64,000 nucleotides of DNA from the NCBI GenBank assembly GCA_964543795.1, contig CAZIZN010000004.1, positions 83,988 to 147,987 on the forward strand. Reading direction: 5' to 3'. A program made the position numbers and the translations under genes. Positions 17,801 through 25,120 of the stretch are shown in pieces (position 1 is the first letter of the stretch; the number at the start of each line of letters is the position of its first letter). Under the pieces are notes generated by a model. The model saw only the letters and a program-made list of their open reading frames with translations. It was not told the DNA's origin and did not search any database. This DNA comes from an uncultured candidatus Brocadiaceae bacterium (GTDB lineage: Bacteria > Planctomycetota > UBA1135 > UBA2386).

Positions 17801-18901
17801 TTCGGCCGAGCGTCGCTGCTGCACCGGGGCCTCCACCGAGGGATCGACGAGGGCGATGGGACTGCCGGCGCGCAGGCGCAGGAAGGGCGGCGACCCGGCG
17901 CCCTGCACCAGGAGGTTGGCGACGACCGCCAGCGCGGCCGCGGCCACGGCGAGGCGAGGCAGGAGGCGGGCGCGCGCGCCGCGCAGCACCGCCAGTTCGT
18001 GGGCGATCGCCGCGGCATTCGCCGGCCGGTCCGCCGGCTCCGCCGCGGCGCAGCGCTGCAGCAGTCGCGTGAGCCGCCGCGGCAGGCCGCGGCCCGCCGC
18101 GATGCCGCCGTCGCCGGCCGCGGGCAGGGTCCCGGTCAGCAGCAGCCGGCCGAGCACCCCCACCGAGTAGAAGTCCGCGCGCACGCCGACGTCGCCGCCC
18201 GCGAGCAGTTCGGGCGCGGAGAAGACCGGGTTGAAGAAGCCGAGCAGTTCGCTGCGGCGCGTGCGCTCGCCGCCCGCGAGGGACACGGTCCTGGCGATGC
18301 CGAAGTCGAGCACCTTGACGCGCAGCCTGCCCCCGCGCGCGGCCACCATCACGTTGCGGGGCGACAGATCGCAGTGCACGAGGCCGGCAGCGTGGATCGC
18401 GGCGAGCGCGTCGACGACCTGGGCGAGGATCTCGACGACGTGGCCCGCAGGCAGCAGACCGCCCTGGACCACCGCCTCCAGCGTCTCGCCGTCGACCAGT
18501 TCCATCGCCAGGTAGGCGACGCCGTCGGCCGTCTCGCCGACGTCGAGCAGGCGCGCGCACCCGTCGTGCATGACGCTCGCGGCGCGCCGCGCCTCGGCCA
18601 GCAGGAGGCGCCGGTACTCCGGGTGCTCGGCGAAGCGCGGGTGGAGCAGCTTGAGCGCCACGGGCAGCAGCGAACCCGTGTGCTGGGCGCGGAAGACCGT
18701 GCCGAGACCGCCGCGGCCCAGCACCGCCTGCAGCCGGTACTTGCCGTCGATCACGCTGCCGAGGAACGGGTTCGCGGCGTCGGCCTCGCCGGCGCGCTGC
18801 GGGTAGTGCACTTCGTCGGCCGGCACGAGCCACGCGCCGCAGGTGCCGCAGCGCGCGTTCGTCGTTGGGGTGACCCCCTCGCAGCAGAGACAGATCTTCA
18901 C
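14825..18901 (-). CDS. Receptor Ser/Thr (Hanks-type) protein kinase, 1358 aa: zinc ribbon, kinase, TM, Ig-like repeats, C-terminal FGE-sulfatase-like region
   Basis: GTG at 18901. CLCC...CGTCG ribbon; GRGGLGTVF, VALKLL, HCDLSPRN, DFGIAR, SAPE; TM LAVAAAALAVVANLLV. Repeated D-P-A-G-N Ig-like motifs (VVAVDPAGNAS, FAVVDPAGNRS). The C-terminal VREWVFD...HTGFRLV weakly resembles FGE-sulfatase domains. Confidence 0.85.
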   Translation of the reverse strand: MKICLCCEGVTPTTNARCGTCGAWLVPADEVHYPQRAGEADAANPFLGSVIDGKYRLQAVLGRGGLGTVFRAQHTGSLLPVALKLLHPRFAEHPEYRRLLLAEARRAASVMHDGCARLLDVGETADGVAYLAMELVDGETLEAVVQGGLLPAGHVVEILAQVVDALAAIHAAGLVHCDLSPRNVMVAARGGRLRVKVLDFGIARTVSLAGGERTRRSELLGFFNPVFSAPELLAGGDVGVRADFYSVGVLGRLLLTGTLPAAGDGGIAAGRGLPRRLTRLLQRCAAAEPADRPANAAAIAHELAVLRGARARLLPRLAVAAAALAVVANLLVQGAGSPPFLRLRAGSPIALVDPSVEAPVQQRRSAELATLGFHFGGFRAASLRIEVSRDGAVLLRAPLRPEVDATGDGLTLSSAQPQWRDVLASIVDGSRQGPLDLTFVAAGSGPLASARLRLDDDAPVVSWSIDGNGDGELLTGRARLAWHAEDLGGVAEVAAIVNGPAGAHWRVPLEGAKGEIDCGRALAVTLPGAAPTGPFEFAVVAVDPAGNASAVVPRRFAAVDVAAPVVIEVGGPNGEPHVPCLGGRARLRLRLSDREPGCRLAVARADGALHAEAELAASNGWQVVEVPLAAGGGTLVSGDVRFAVVDPAGNRSERSFALVLRDQDLGLRFTSAGPQPFAAGSELVFGTEGAIVHVHTNAGFELAAAALEDDAAVASLPLVARGEGGAALLTVPPRAPGPSRLVLTFADVAAGDAPMRTELPVRILPPAIEVRVPAAGSRFLTGLLQAGVLARSPQGLREGPGWRIDAEWLAYLRGTLWVGDARLVPLALPQRRHSGDALLPEVLPIPGHNVFALELRDVLGRPVRVFVGDEPAPMRATDAGSAAVVADFWWHDGAPLPIGEALLVEHGQPARLRVRLPLQYRPEELPDLRLGIAQSELAAVAVTAETDGCVVRFDLPFATWAAAAGLADVPRDRYGARLERACEAYLATPLGRHDLRLRIATTRSTLQPLQLGELATLPAALAALRLLPVLAPEQEFVEPLSDDAPPRAMFRPQVATAVRNLGDLLLQDREFTWGQARALLELAAARPIVDGDRLVHADDPLGVDRLAPSALLPALPEAAFDEAPVTDVDFFQAYACCRLLGRLVVGDEEAFRLPMGCELELAAYGAAVRPACHGAAAAGGGIRVATFRSAASFVRAGRPVPAGLLDRAGDRVAAAVGGEFSGLDFGVREWVFDLPHVGGAELLLREWIGDHAVHLEKSAAFARGAAPPTDLAGTVRAFGVVRGLGLGEESGLLDRRGDRIPLAGDGLLPPSVPGVLRTEQLRRDGRDLLSDRPDPRLRHTGFRLVGGPVLLLRLRGGG

Positions 18902-18916
18902 GCCGTGCCGCGCATC

Positions 18917-20170
18917 CTAGCGCGCGGCGGGCGGCAGCGCCGACAGCAGGGCGCGCCAGACCTCGTAGACCGCGCGGTCACGCACGAAGCTGCGCCCGAG
19001 GTCCGGGATGCGAACGGTCCAGCCGCGTGTGCCGCCCGCGTGGGCGAGACCGAAACAGACGGTGCCAACGGGCTTCTCGGCGCTGCCGCCGTCGGGGCCG
19101 GCGACGCCGGTCGTGGCGACGCCGAACGTCGCCTGCAGACGCCGCCGCGCGCCGTCGGCCATCGCCGCGGCGACCGGTTCGCTGACGGCGCCGTGGGCGG
19201 CGATCAGGTCGGCCGGCACGCCGAGCAGTTCGACCTTGCTCTCGTTGCTGTAGGCGACGACGCCGCCGCGCAGCGCCGCGGAGGCGCCCGGCGCATCGAC
19301 GAAGCGCGCCGCGATCGCGCCGCCGGTGCACGACTCGGCGAGGGCGAGCGTCTGGCCGGTGGCCACGAAGCGCTGCAGCACGAGTTCGGGCAGCTCCGCG
19401 AATCCCTCGGCGAACAGCCAGTCGCCGAGCAAGGGGCGCAGTTCGGCGGCGACGGCTTCGCACGCGGCGGCGGCGGCGGCGGCCGTGGGCGCGGTGCCGA
19501 CGATGCGCACCGTCAGGAGCCCGCCCGAGGCGTTGATGCCGACGGCCGGATCGCGGCCCGGCACCATCCACGGCGCGATGCGCTCGCCGAGGGCCGCCTC
19601 GGAGGGCCCGAGCACACGCAGCCAGGCCTGCGCGGTCGGCCGGAGGCCCGGCATGGCCGACACCGCCGGCAGCACGTGCTCCTGGGTCATCACCTGCATC
19701 TCGCGCGGCACCCCGGGCACCGCGAACAACCGGGCCCGGCCCACCTGCACCGCGAAGCCTGGCGCCGTGCCGACGCGGTTGGGCAACGCCTGCGCACCGG
19801 GCGGCAGCATGGCCTGACGGCGGTTGCTCTCGGGCACCGGCCGGCGGCGCGAACGCAGCCAGTCCTGCACCTGCTGCCAGGCCTGCTCGTCGAGCGACAA
19901 CGGACCGCCCAGCAGGTCGGCGACGACGTCGCGCGTGCGGTCGTCGAGCGTCGGGCCGAGTCCGCCGGTCGTCACCACCACGTCGGCGCGGGCGCACGCT
20001 TCGCCGAGCGCCGCGCGCCCCGCGGCCGGATCGTCGCCCACGACCGTGAATCTCTGCACGACGACGCCGATCCGTTCGAGCTGCTCCGCGAGCCACTTGC
20101 TGTTCGTGTCGAGCAAGGCGCCGTGCAGCAGTTCGTCGCCGATCGCGACGATCTCGCCCGACACCGTCAT
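18917..20170 (-). CDS. cinA: CinA family protein (MoCF-binding domain plus nicotinamide-nucleotide amidohydrolase PncC-like domain)
   Basis: ATG at 20170 overlaps the tatC stop (ATGA). IGDELLHG...DTN, TTGGLGPTLDD, and a C-terminal LAESCTGG motif. Confidence 0.85.
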   Translation of the reverse strand: MTVSGEIVAIGDELLHGALLDTNSKWLAEQLERIGVVVQRFTVVGDDPAAGRAALGEACARADVVVTTGGLGPTLDDRTRDVVADLLGGPLSLDEQAWQQVQDWLRSRRRPVPESNRRQAMLPPGAQALPNRVGTAPGFAVQVGRARLFAVPGVPREMQVMTQEHVLPAVSAMPGLRPTAQAWLRVLGPSEAALGERIAPWMVPGRDPAVGINASGGLLTVRIVGTAPTAAAAAAACEAVAAELRPLLGDWLFAEGFAELPELVLQRFVATGQTLALAESCTGGAIAARFVDAPGASAALRGGVVAYSNESKVELLGVPADLIAAHGAVSEPVAAAMADGARRRLQATFGVATTGVAGPDGGSAEKPVGTVCFGLAHAGGTRGWTVRIPDLGRSFVRDRAVYEVWRALLSALPPAAR

Positions 20171-21147
20171 GCGGCGACCGCCTGCTGCGGCTCGTTCTTG
20201 CGCCAGAAGTAGGTCAGCCCCAGCCCGATCACGTAGAGCAGCAGCATCGGCGCCGACACCAGCATCATCGACACCGGCTCCGGCGGCGTGAACACCGCCG
20301 CCGCGAGGAAGATCGCGAGCACCGTGATGCGCCAGTGTTTCAGGTACGCGCGGTGCGTCACGAGACCGACGCGCTGCAGCGCGATCATCACGGTCGGCAG
20401 CTGGAACACCGCCCCCATCGCCGCGGTCAGCGCGAACAGCAGCGTGAAGTACTGGCTCACGCTCAGCATCGCCCCGACCTGGTCGCGCGGCATCAGGCTG
20501 ATCAGGAAGCCGAGGCTGTACGGCAGCGCGACGAAGTAGCCGAACAGCACGCCGAGCGCGCTGAGCACGACCATGGCCGGGAAGTAGCGGTAGAAGACGC
20601 GCCGCTCGCGCGGATACAGGCCCGCGGCGACGAACGCCCACGCCTGCCAGCCCACCACGGGTGCGGCGAGCACGAGCGCGAACACCATCGACGCCATCAT
20701 GTAGACCCACATGTCGTCGAGGCCACCCGTCGCCACCAGCGTGTAGGGCACCGGGTAGCCGGTCAGGTCGTCGATCTGCGCGTGGTACGGGAAGCTGCCG
20801 TCCAGGATCGACGCACGGTACTCGCGGCAGAACGCGAGGTAGCCCTTGCCGAGCGCGTCGACCGGCTTCTCACCCGCGAACATGCCGGCCGCCTCCTTCA
20901 CCTCCAGCTCGGCGACCCAACCCTCGAATCCCGTGCGCCACTGCGCCCGGTAGGGCTCGGTGATGATGCCCTGCACCCCCTGCTTGAACGGGATCACCAG
21001 CATCACGGCCGCGAACACCGCGATCAGCGACCGCACGAGCCGACGCCGCAGCTCGTCGAGGTGGTCGCCGAACGACATGCGCGGCAGCTCCTGCTCCGCC
21101 GCGTCCTCGTAGGCCGCCCGCGCGGCGGGATCGTCGAGCTTCACCAT
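20167..21147 (-). CDS. tatC: Twin-arginine translocase subunit TatC (enlarged first periplasmic loop)
   Basis: ATG at 21147 (MVKLDD...). Signature FGDHLDELRRRLVRSLI and six hydrophobic segments. About 95 aa lie between TM1 and TM2. Confidence 0.85.
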   Translation of the reverse strand: MVKLDDPAARAAYEDAAEQELPRMSFGDHLDELRRRLVRSLIAVFAAVMLVIPFKQGVQGIITEPYRAQWRTGFEGWVAELEVKEAAGMFAGEKPVDALGKGYLAFCREYRASILDGSFPYHAQIDDLTGYPVPYTLVATGGLDDMWVYMMASMVFALVLAAPVVGWQAWAFVAAGLYPRERRVFYRYFPAMVVLSALGVLFGYFVALPYSLGFLISLMPRDQVGAMLSVSQYFTLLFALTAAMGAVFQLPTVMIALQRVGLVTHRAYLKHWRITVLAIFLAAAVFTPPEPVSMMLVSAPMLLLYVIGLGLTYFWRKNEPQQAVAA

Positions 21148-21245
21148 CGGGGCGAAGAATCTACGCCGCTGCGCCGGAGACGAACAGGTTCGACTTGGGG
21201 CTCGAACCGGCTGCGGCGGCATCAGCTCGCCGGCGTCGGCAACCG

Positions 21246-21535
21246 CCGGGCGGATGATCTGCCCGCAGACGATCCGACCAGCGCGCTCGAAACGCGAGCG
21301 GCGCCTCTCGGCGCCGCACTCCCGCCCGGCGTGCGTCGGTCAGTTGCCCTGTCCGCCGGCGTCAGGAACCGGCAGCCGGGCGGATGATCTGCCCGCAGAC
21401 GATCCGACCAGCGCGCCAGAAACGCGAGCGGCGCCTCTCGGCGCCGCACTCCCGCCCGGCGTGCGCCGGCCAGTTGCCCTGTCCGCCGGCGTCAGGAACC
21501 GGCAGCCGGGCGGACAATCCGCCGGGCGGATGATC
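21246..21535. repeat. Tandem 130-bp intergenic repeat: two full copies (126/130 identical) plus truncated copies
   Basis: Copy A 21246..21375 and copy B 21376..21505 differ at 4 positions by hand comparison. The unit head CCGGGCGGATGATC recurs at 21506 (9 nt) and 21522. Each full unit carries the hairpin GCGGCGCC-TCTC-GGCGCCGC (21298..21317 and 21428..21447). Confidence 0.9.
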
Positions 21536-21540
21536 CGCGA

Positions 21541-22812
21541 TCAGAGCTTGATCAGGTCGCGGATCTTGCGCAGGGCGGCGAACTCGACGCGCAGGTCGAG
21601 GGCGTCCTTGTACTCCTGCGAGTCCGTGACGCGGGCGAAGCCGTCGCCTTCCTCGTTGATCGGATCGTCGCCGAGGATCACGGTGTCGACACCGGGGCCC
21701 ATCTTGGTGACGACCTTGTTGCCGAGGCGCTTCAGCAGGTCGGTCAGCTCGGGCTTGTTGTACGGCGCCGAGAAGCGGCCCATCAGGTAGATGGTGCGCG
21801 AGACGCGCGGGGTGTAGAGGTCGTTGTAGAGCAGGTCGCCTTCGCGGACGTAGTCGCCGACCGCGTCGACGATGCCCGACAGCGCGATCTCGGCGCGCTC
21901 TTCCTCGACGCGGGTCACGGTCGCGTAGGCCTTGACCTTGTCGCTGTTCGGGTTCTGGATGCGGAACATCGTGCCCGGCTGGAGCATGTCCTTCTTGCCG
22001 AGGTCGATGAACGCGGTCGGGATGCCGTTGCGGGCGACGAGCACCTTGCCGTCGGCGCGGTCGATCGGGTTGCGCATCGCGTCGCGCGCGACGAGCGCCG
22101 AGTTCTGCATCTGGTGCTTCTGGATCTCGCCGGTCAGCTGCTTCTCCTTGGTCGTGGCGGCCTCGCGCACGGTGCCGAGCTCGTCGGCCTTGTCGCGGAG
22201 GTTCTGCTGGAGCATCGAATTGCGGCGCTCCATGTCGGCCTTCGCGGTGTTGAAGTCCGAGCGGGCCTGCTCGAGGTTCGTGCCCCATTCGCGGGCGCGC
22301 GTGCTGGTCTCCGTCGCGGCCGCCTGGAACTTGCGGTCGATCTCGGCCTTCTCCGTGAGCGCCTTGTCGCGCTCGGTCTCGATCTCCTTGATGCGCTGGC
22401 CCTGCTGGTTGATCTTCGTGACGAACGCGCCGAGCACGTTCTCGAGACCGGTGCCGACGCCGACGCTGCCCGCCGCGCACGCGTCGTCGAGCAGTTTCTT
22501 GATCTCGAGCGGGTTCATCACGAGCGCGTTCTCGAGCTTGGCGTCGCCGTAGAGCGACTTCGACTCGGGACGTCCCTCGTACTTGCCCGGCTTGCCGACG
22601 ATCCGGCCGAGGTCCTCGATGTAGTGCTCGACGAGGAAGTTCCGCTTGCGGATTTCGGCAACCTCGGCCGTGGCCGCGTTGCGCTCCTTGATCAACTCAC
22701 CGTTCTGCGTCAGCTTCACGTAGGCGAACCCCAACGCTCCCAGGAACATCACCAGGAGGATGAGGAAGAACATGATCGGGACGTGGGCGGCGCCGCTCTG
22801 GCGATTGTGCAT
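21541..22812 (-). CDS. Membrane-anchored coiled-coil protein with C-terminal BRCT-like region; function unknown
   Basis: ATG at 22812 (MHNRQSGAAHVPIMFFLILLVMFLGALGFAYV, TM). A long K/E/Q-rich helical region follows. The C-terminal TIYLMGRFSAPYNKPELTDLLKRLGNKVVTKMGPGVDTVILGDDP pattern resembles BRCT; this is an inference. Confidence 0.6.
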   Translation of the reverse strand: MHNRQSGAAHVPIMFFLILLVMFLGALGFAYVKLTQNGELIKERNAATAEVAEIRKRNFLVEHYIEDLGRIVGKPGKYEGRPESKSLYGDAKLENALVMNPLEIKKLLDDACAAGSVGVGTGLENVLGAFVTKINQQGQRIKEIETERDKALTEKAEIDRKFQAAATETSTRAREWGTNLEQARSDFNTAKADMERRNSMLQQNLRDKADELGTVREAATTKEKQLTGEIQKHQMQNSALVARDAMRNPIDRADGKVLVARNGIPTAFIDLGKKDMLQPGTMFRIQNPNSDKVKAYATVTRVEEERAEIALSGIVDAVGDYVREGDLLYNDLYTPRVSRTIYLMGRFSAPYNKPELTDLLKRLGNKVVTKMGPGVDTVILGDDPINEEGDGFARVTDSQEYKDALDLRVEFAALRKIRDLIKL

Positions 22813-23069
22813 TGGAACCAACTCCGAAGGGGTCTGTTCTGGGACGGTGCGCCGCTGGTGTGAGACCAGGGACGCGGGAGAGTGTCGGTTGTGCGACTCG
22901 GAAGGCTGACGTTGGCTCGCGCCGCCCGAGGGCACGGGCGGCAGATCGGCACCGCGGGCTGCGGCAGCGACCTGGGGAGCGCGAGGGTTCGGGATCTTAG
23001 GAAGGCGAGCGACGGCGGGTCAAGGTGGCGCCCTGACACGACTTGCTCGCCAGGACACTCTACCCCAGG

Positions 23070-23720
23070 ATGCCGGACATGCCGGCAGATCCTCCCAGCA
23101 CGGTGTCGGCAGAACACCCGTTCCGGCCCCCAAATCCCGTCGTCATCGGCCTGCTGGGCGGCATCGCCGCCGGCAAGTCGACCGTCGCCGCCATGTTCGC
23201 CCGGCACGGACTCGTGCACGTGGACGCCGACGCCGAGGCACGCGCCGTCGCCGAAGAACCGGCGACCCTGGCCGAGATCGGCGCCGCGTTCGGGCCGGCC
23301 GTGGTGGCCGGCGGTCGACTCGACCGGGCGGCGATGGCCGAACGGGTCTTCACGGATGCCGCCGCGCGCGCCCGCCTCGAGGCGATCATGCACCCGCGGA
23401 TCCGGGCCCGCATCCTGGCCGCACTGGCCGCCGCCCGCGCGCGCGGGCGTTCGGTGCTGCTCGACGCACCGCTGCTGCTGGAACACGGCCTGATCGCCGA
23501 GTGCCACCACGTCGTCTTCGTCGACGCCGACGAGGGCACGCGCGCGGCGCGAGCCCGCGACCGCGGCTGGGCCGCAGGCGAGCTGGCGCGCCGGCAGGCC
23601 GCGCAGGCCCCGCTCGCCGAGAAGATGGCGCGCGCGAGCCGCGTGATCCACAATGACCGCGGCCTCGACGAGACCGCGCGCCAGGTGGCGGAGTACCTCG
23701 ACGAGCTCGCCCGCCGATGA
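23070..23720 (+). CDS. coaE: Dephospho-CoA kinase
   Basis: P-loop VIGLLGGIAAGKSTV and a CoaE-like remainder. The start is uncertain: TTG 23043, ATG 23070 or ATG 23079. The stop overlaps the rho ATG (ATGA). Confidence 0.8.
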   Translation: MPDMPADPPSTVSAEHPFRPPNPVVIGLLGGIAAGKSTVAAMFARHGLVHVDADAEARAVAEEPATLAEIGAAFGPAVVAGGRLDRAAMAERVFTDAAARARLEAIMHPRIRARILAALAAARARGRSVLLDAPLLLEHGLIAECHHVVFVDADEGTRAARARDRGWAAGELARRQAAQAPLAEKMARASRVIHNDRGLDETARQVAEYLDELARR

Positions 23721-25087
23721 CGGACCCGATGCCGCACGAACTGCCCGACGAGCCGACCCTGCTCGACGGCGCGCCCGACGAACGGCTCTCGGCCGAGGAC
23801 CGCGCGAGCCTCGCCGCGCGCGCCCAGGCCGCGGCCGACCTCGTCGCGCTGCAGGCGCACACCACGGCGTCGCTGCTCGCCCTCGCCCACGGCGAGGGCG
23901 TCGGCGTGCTGCCCAACCTCGACCGCGGCGAGCTGCTGCACGCGATCCTGGCCCACCGTCTCGCACGCCACGGCCTCGGCTGGGCCGAGGGCGTGCTCGA
24001 GATCCTGCCCGACGGCTTCGGCTTCCTGCGCTCGCCGCGGCACGACTTCGAGCCCGGTGCGCACGACGTCTACGTGTCGCCCAGCCAGATCCGGCGCCTC
24101 AACCTCAAGCCGGGCCACCTGCTCGCCGGCCCGGTGCGCCCGCCGCGCCGCGGCGAGAAGTTCTTCGCGCTGCTGCACGTCGACCGCATCGACGACGGCG
24201 ACGTCGAGGCGCTGCGCACGCGCGTGCCGTTCGCGGCGCGCACGCCGGTCCTGCCGACCGAGCGACTGCGCCTCGACCATCCGGGCGCCCCGCCGGACGT
24301 GCGCGCGATCGACCTGCTGTCGCCCTGGGGCAAGGGCCAGCGCGTGCTGCTCGCCGCACCGCCCGGCTCGGGCCGCACGCGCGTGCTGACGCGGATCGCC
24401 GAGGCCCTGCTCACCAACCACTCCGAACTGCGCGTGATCCTCTGCCTGCTCGACGAGCGGCCCGAGGAGATGACGGCGATCCGTCGCTCGATCGGCGCGC
24501 ACGAGCGCGGCTGGGTCGCGGCCTCGACCTTCGATCAGGTGCCCTCGCGCCACATCGCGATCGCCGAGATGTGCCTGTTGCGCGCGCAGCGCATGGTCGA
24601 AGCCGGCCACGACGTCGTCCTCGTGCTCGACTCGCTGACGGCGCTGGTGCGCGCCTACCACCAGGAACACGGCTTCTCCGGTCGCCTGTTGTGCCCCGGC
24701 CTCGACGCCACCGCCGTGCAGCGGCCGAAGAAGCTGTTCGGCGCGGCGCGCAAGTGCGAGGAGGGCGGCTCCCTGACCATCCTGGCGACGGCCCTCACGG
24801 GCACCGGCTCGCGCATCGACGAGGCGATCGCCGAGGAGTTCTGCAACCGCGGCAACGCCGAGGTCACGTTCGACCGCGCGCTCGCCGAACTGCACGCCGA
24901 CCTGCCGCTCGACGTCCTGCGCACCACGACGCGCCGCGAGGACCTGCTGCTGGCGCGGCCGCAGATCGCCGCGCTGCAGCGCCTGCGCGAAGAACTCGCG
25001 CAGGTGCCGGCCACCGCGCGCGCGCAACGCCTGCTCGAGCGCCTGCGGGCCTGCCCGAGCAACGACTCGCTGCTCGCCGGGCCCTGA
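23717..25087 (+). CDS. rho: Transcription termination factor Rho homologue (Walker A GSGRT)
   Basis: Rho OB-fold region GVLEILPDGFGFLRSP...VYVSPSQIRRLNLKPG. ATPase core LLDERPEEMT, VVLVLDSLT, FGAARKCEEGGSLTILATAL and TGSRIDEAIAEEF. The P-loop reads AAPPGSGRT. Confidence 0.9.
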   Translation: MTDPMPHELPDEPTLLDGAPDERLSAEDRASLAARAQAAADLVALQAHTTASLLALAHGEGVGVLPNLDRGELLHAILAHRLARHGLGWAEGVLEILPDGFGFLRSPRHDFEPGAHDVYVSPSQIRRLNLKPGHLLAGPVRPPRRGEKFFALLHVDRIDDGDVEALRTRVPFAARTPVLPTERLRLDHPGAPPDVRAIDLLSPWGKGQRVLLAAPPGSGRTRVLTRIAEALLTNHSELRVILCLLDERPEEMTAIRRSIGAHERGWVAASTFDQVPSRHIAIAEMCLLRAQRMVEAGHDVVLVLDSLTALVRAYHQEHGFSGRLLCPGLDATAVQRPKKLFGAARKCEEGGSLTILATALTGTGSRIDEAIAEEFCNRGNAEVTFDRALAELHADLPLDVLRTTTRREDLLLARPQIAALQRLREELAQVPATARAQRLLERLRACPSNDSLLAGP

Positions 25088-25091
25088 TCGT

Positions 25092-25120
25092 TGCGTACCG
25101 AACCAGGTTCGTTCCACCAC
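25092..25120. repeat. 29-nt copy (26/29 identical) of the arm sequence of the 43.9-kb inverted repeat
   Basis: TGCGTACCGAACCAGGTTCGTTCCACCAC compared with TGCGTACGGTACCTGGTTCGTTCCACCAC at 43893..43921. It starts 5 nt after the rho stop. Confidence 0.6.

Noticed and set aside
14732-20212. 1826-aa plus-strand ORF spanning the kinase and cinA region
   Set aside because: It is antisense to two well-supported genes with clear motifs. Its translation is dominated by Arg/Ala/Gly/Pro/Glu runs with no domain signatures, which is typical of stop-codon-poor shadow frames in high-GC DNA.
21246-21535. 130-bp repeats as a CRISPR array or as coding sequence (ORFs 21222..21449 minus strand, 21254..21790 plus strand)
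   Set aside because: The units are directly contiguous with no unique spacers, are far longer than CRISPR repeats, and no cas genes are nearby. The translations across them are low-complexity and simply repeat with the DNA.
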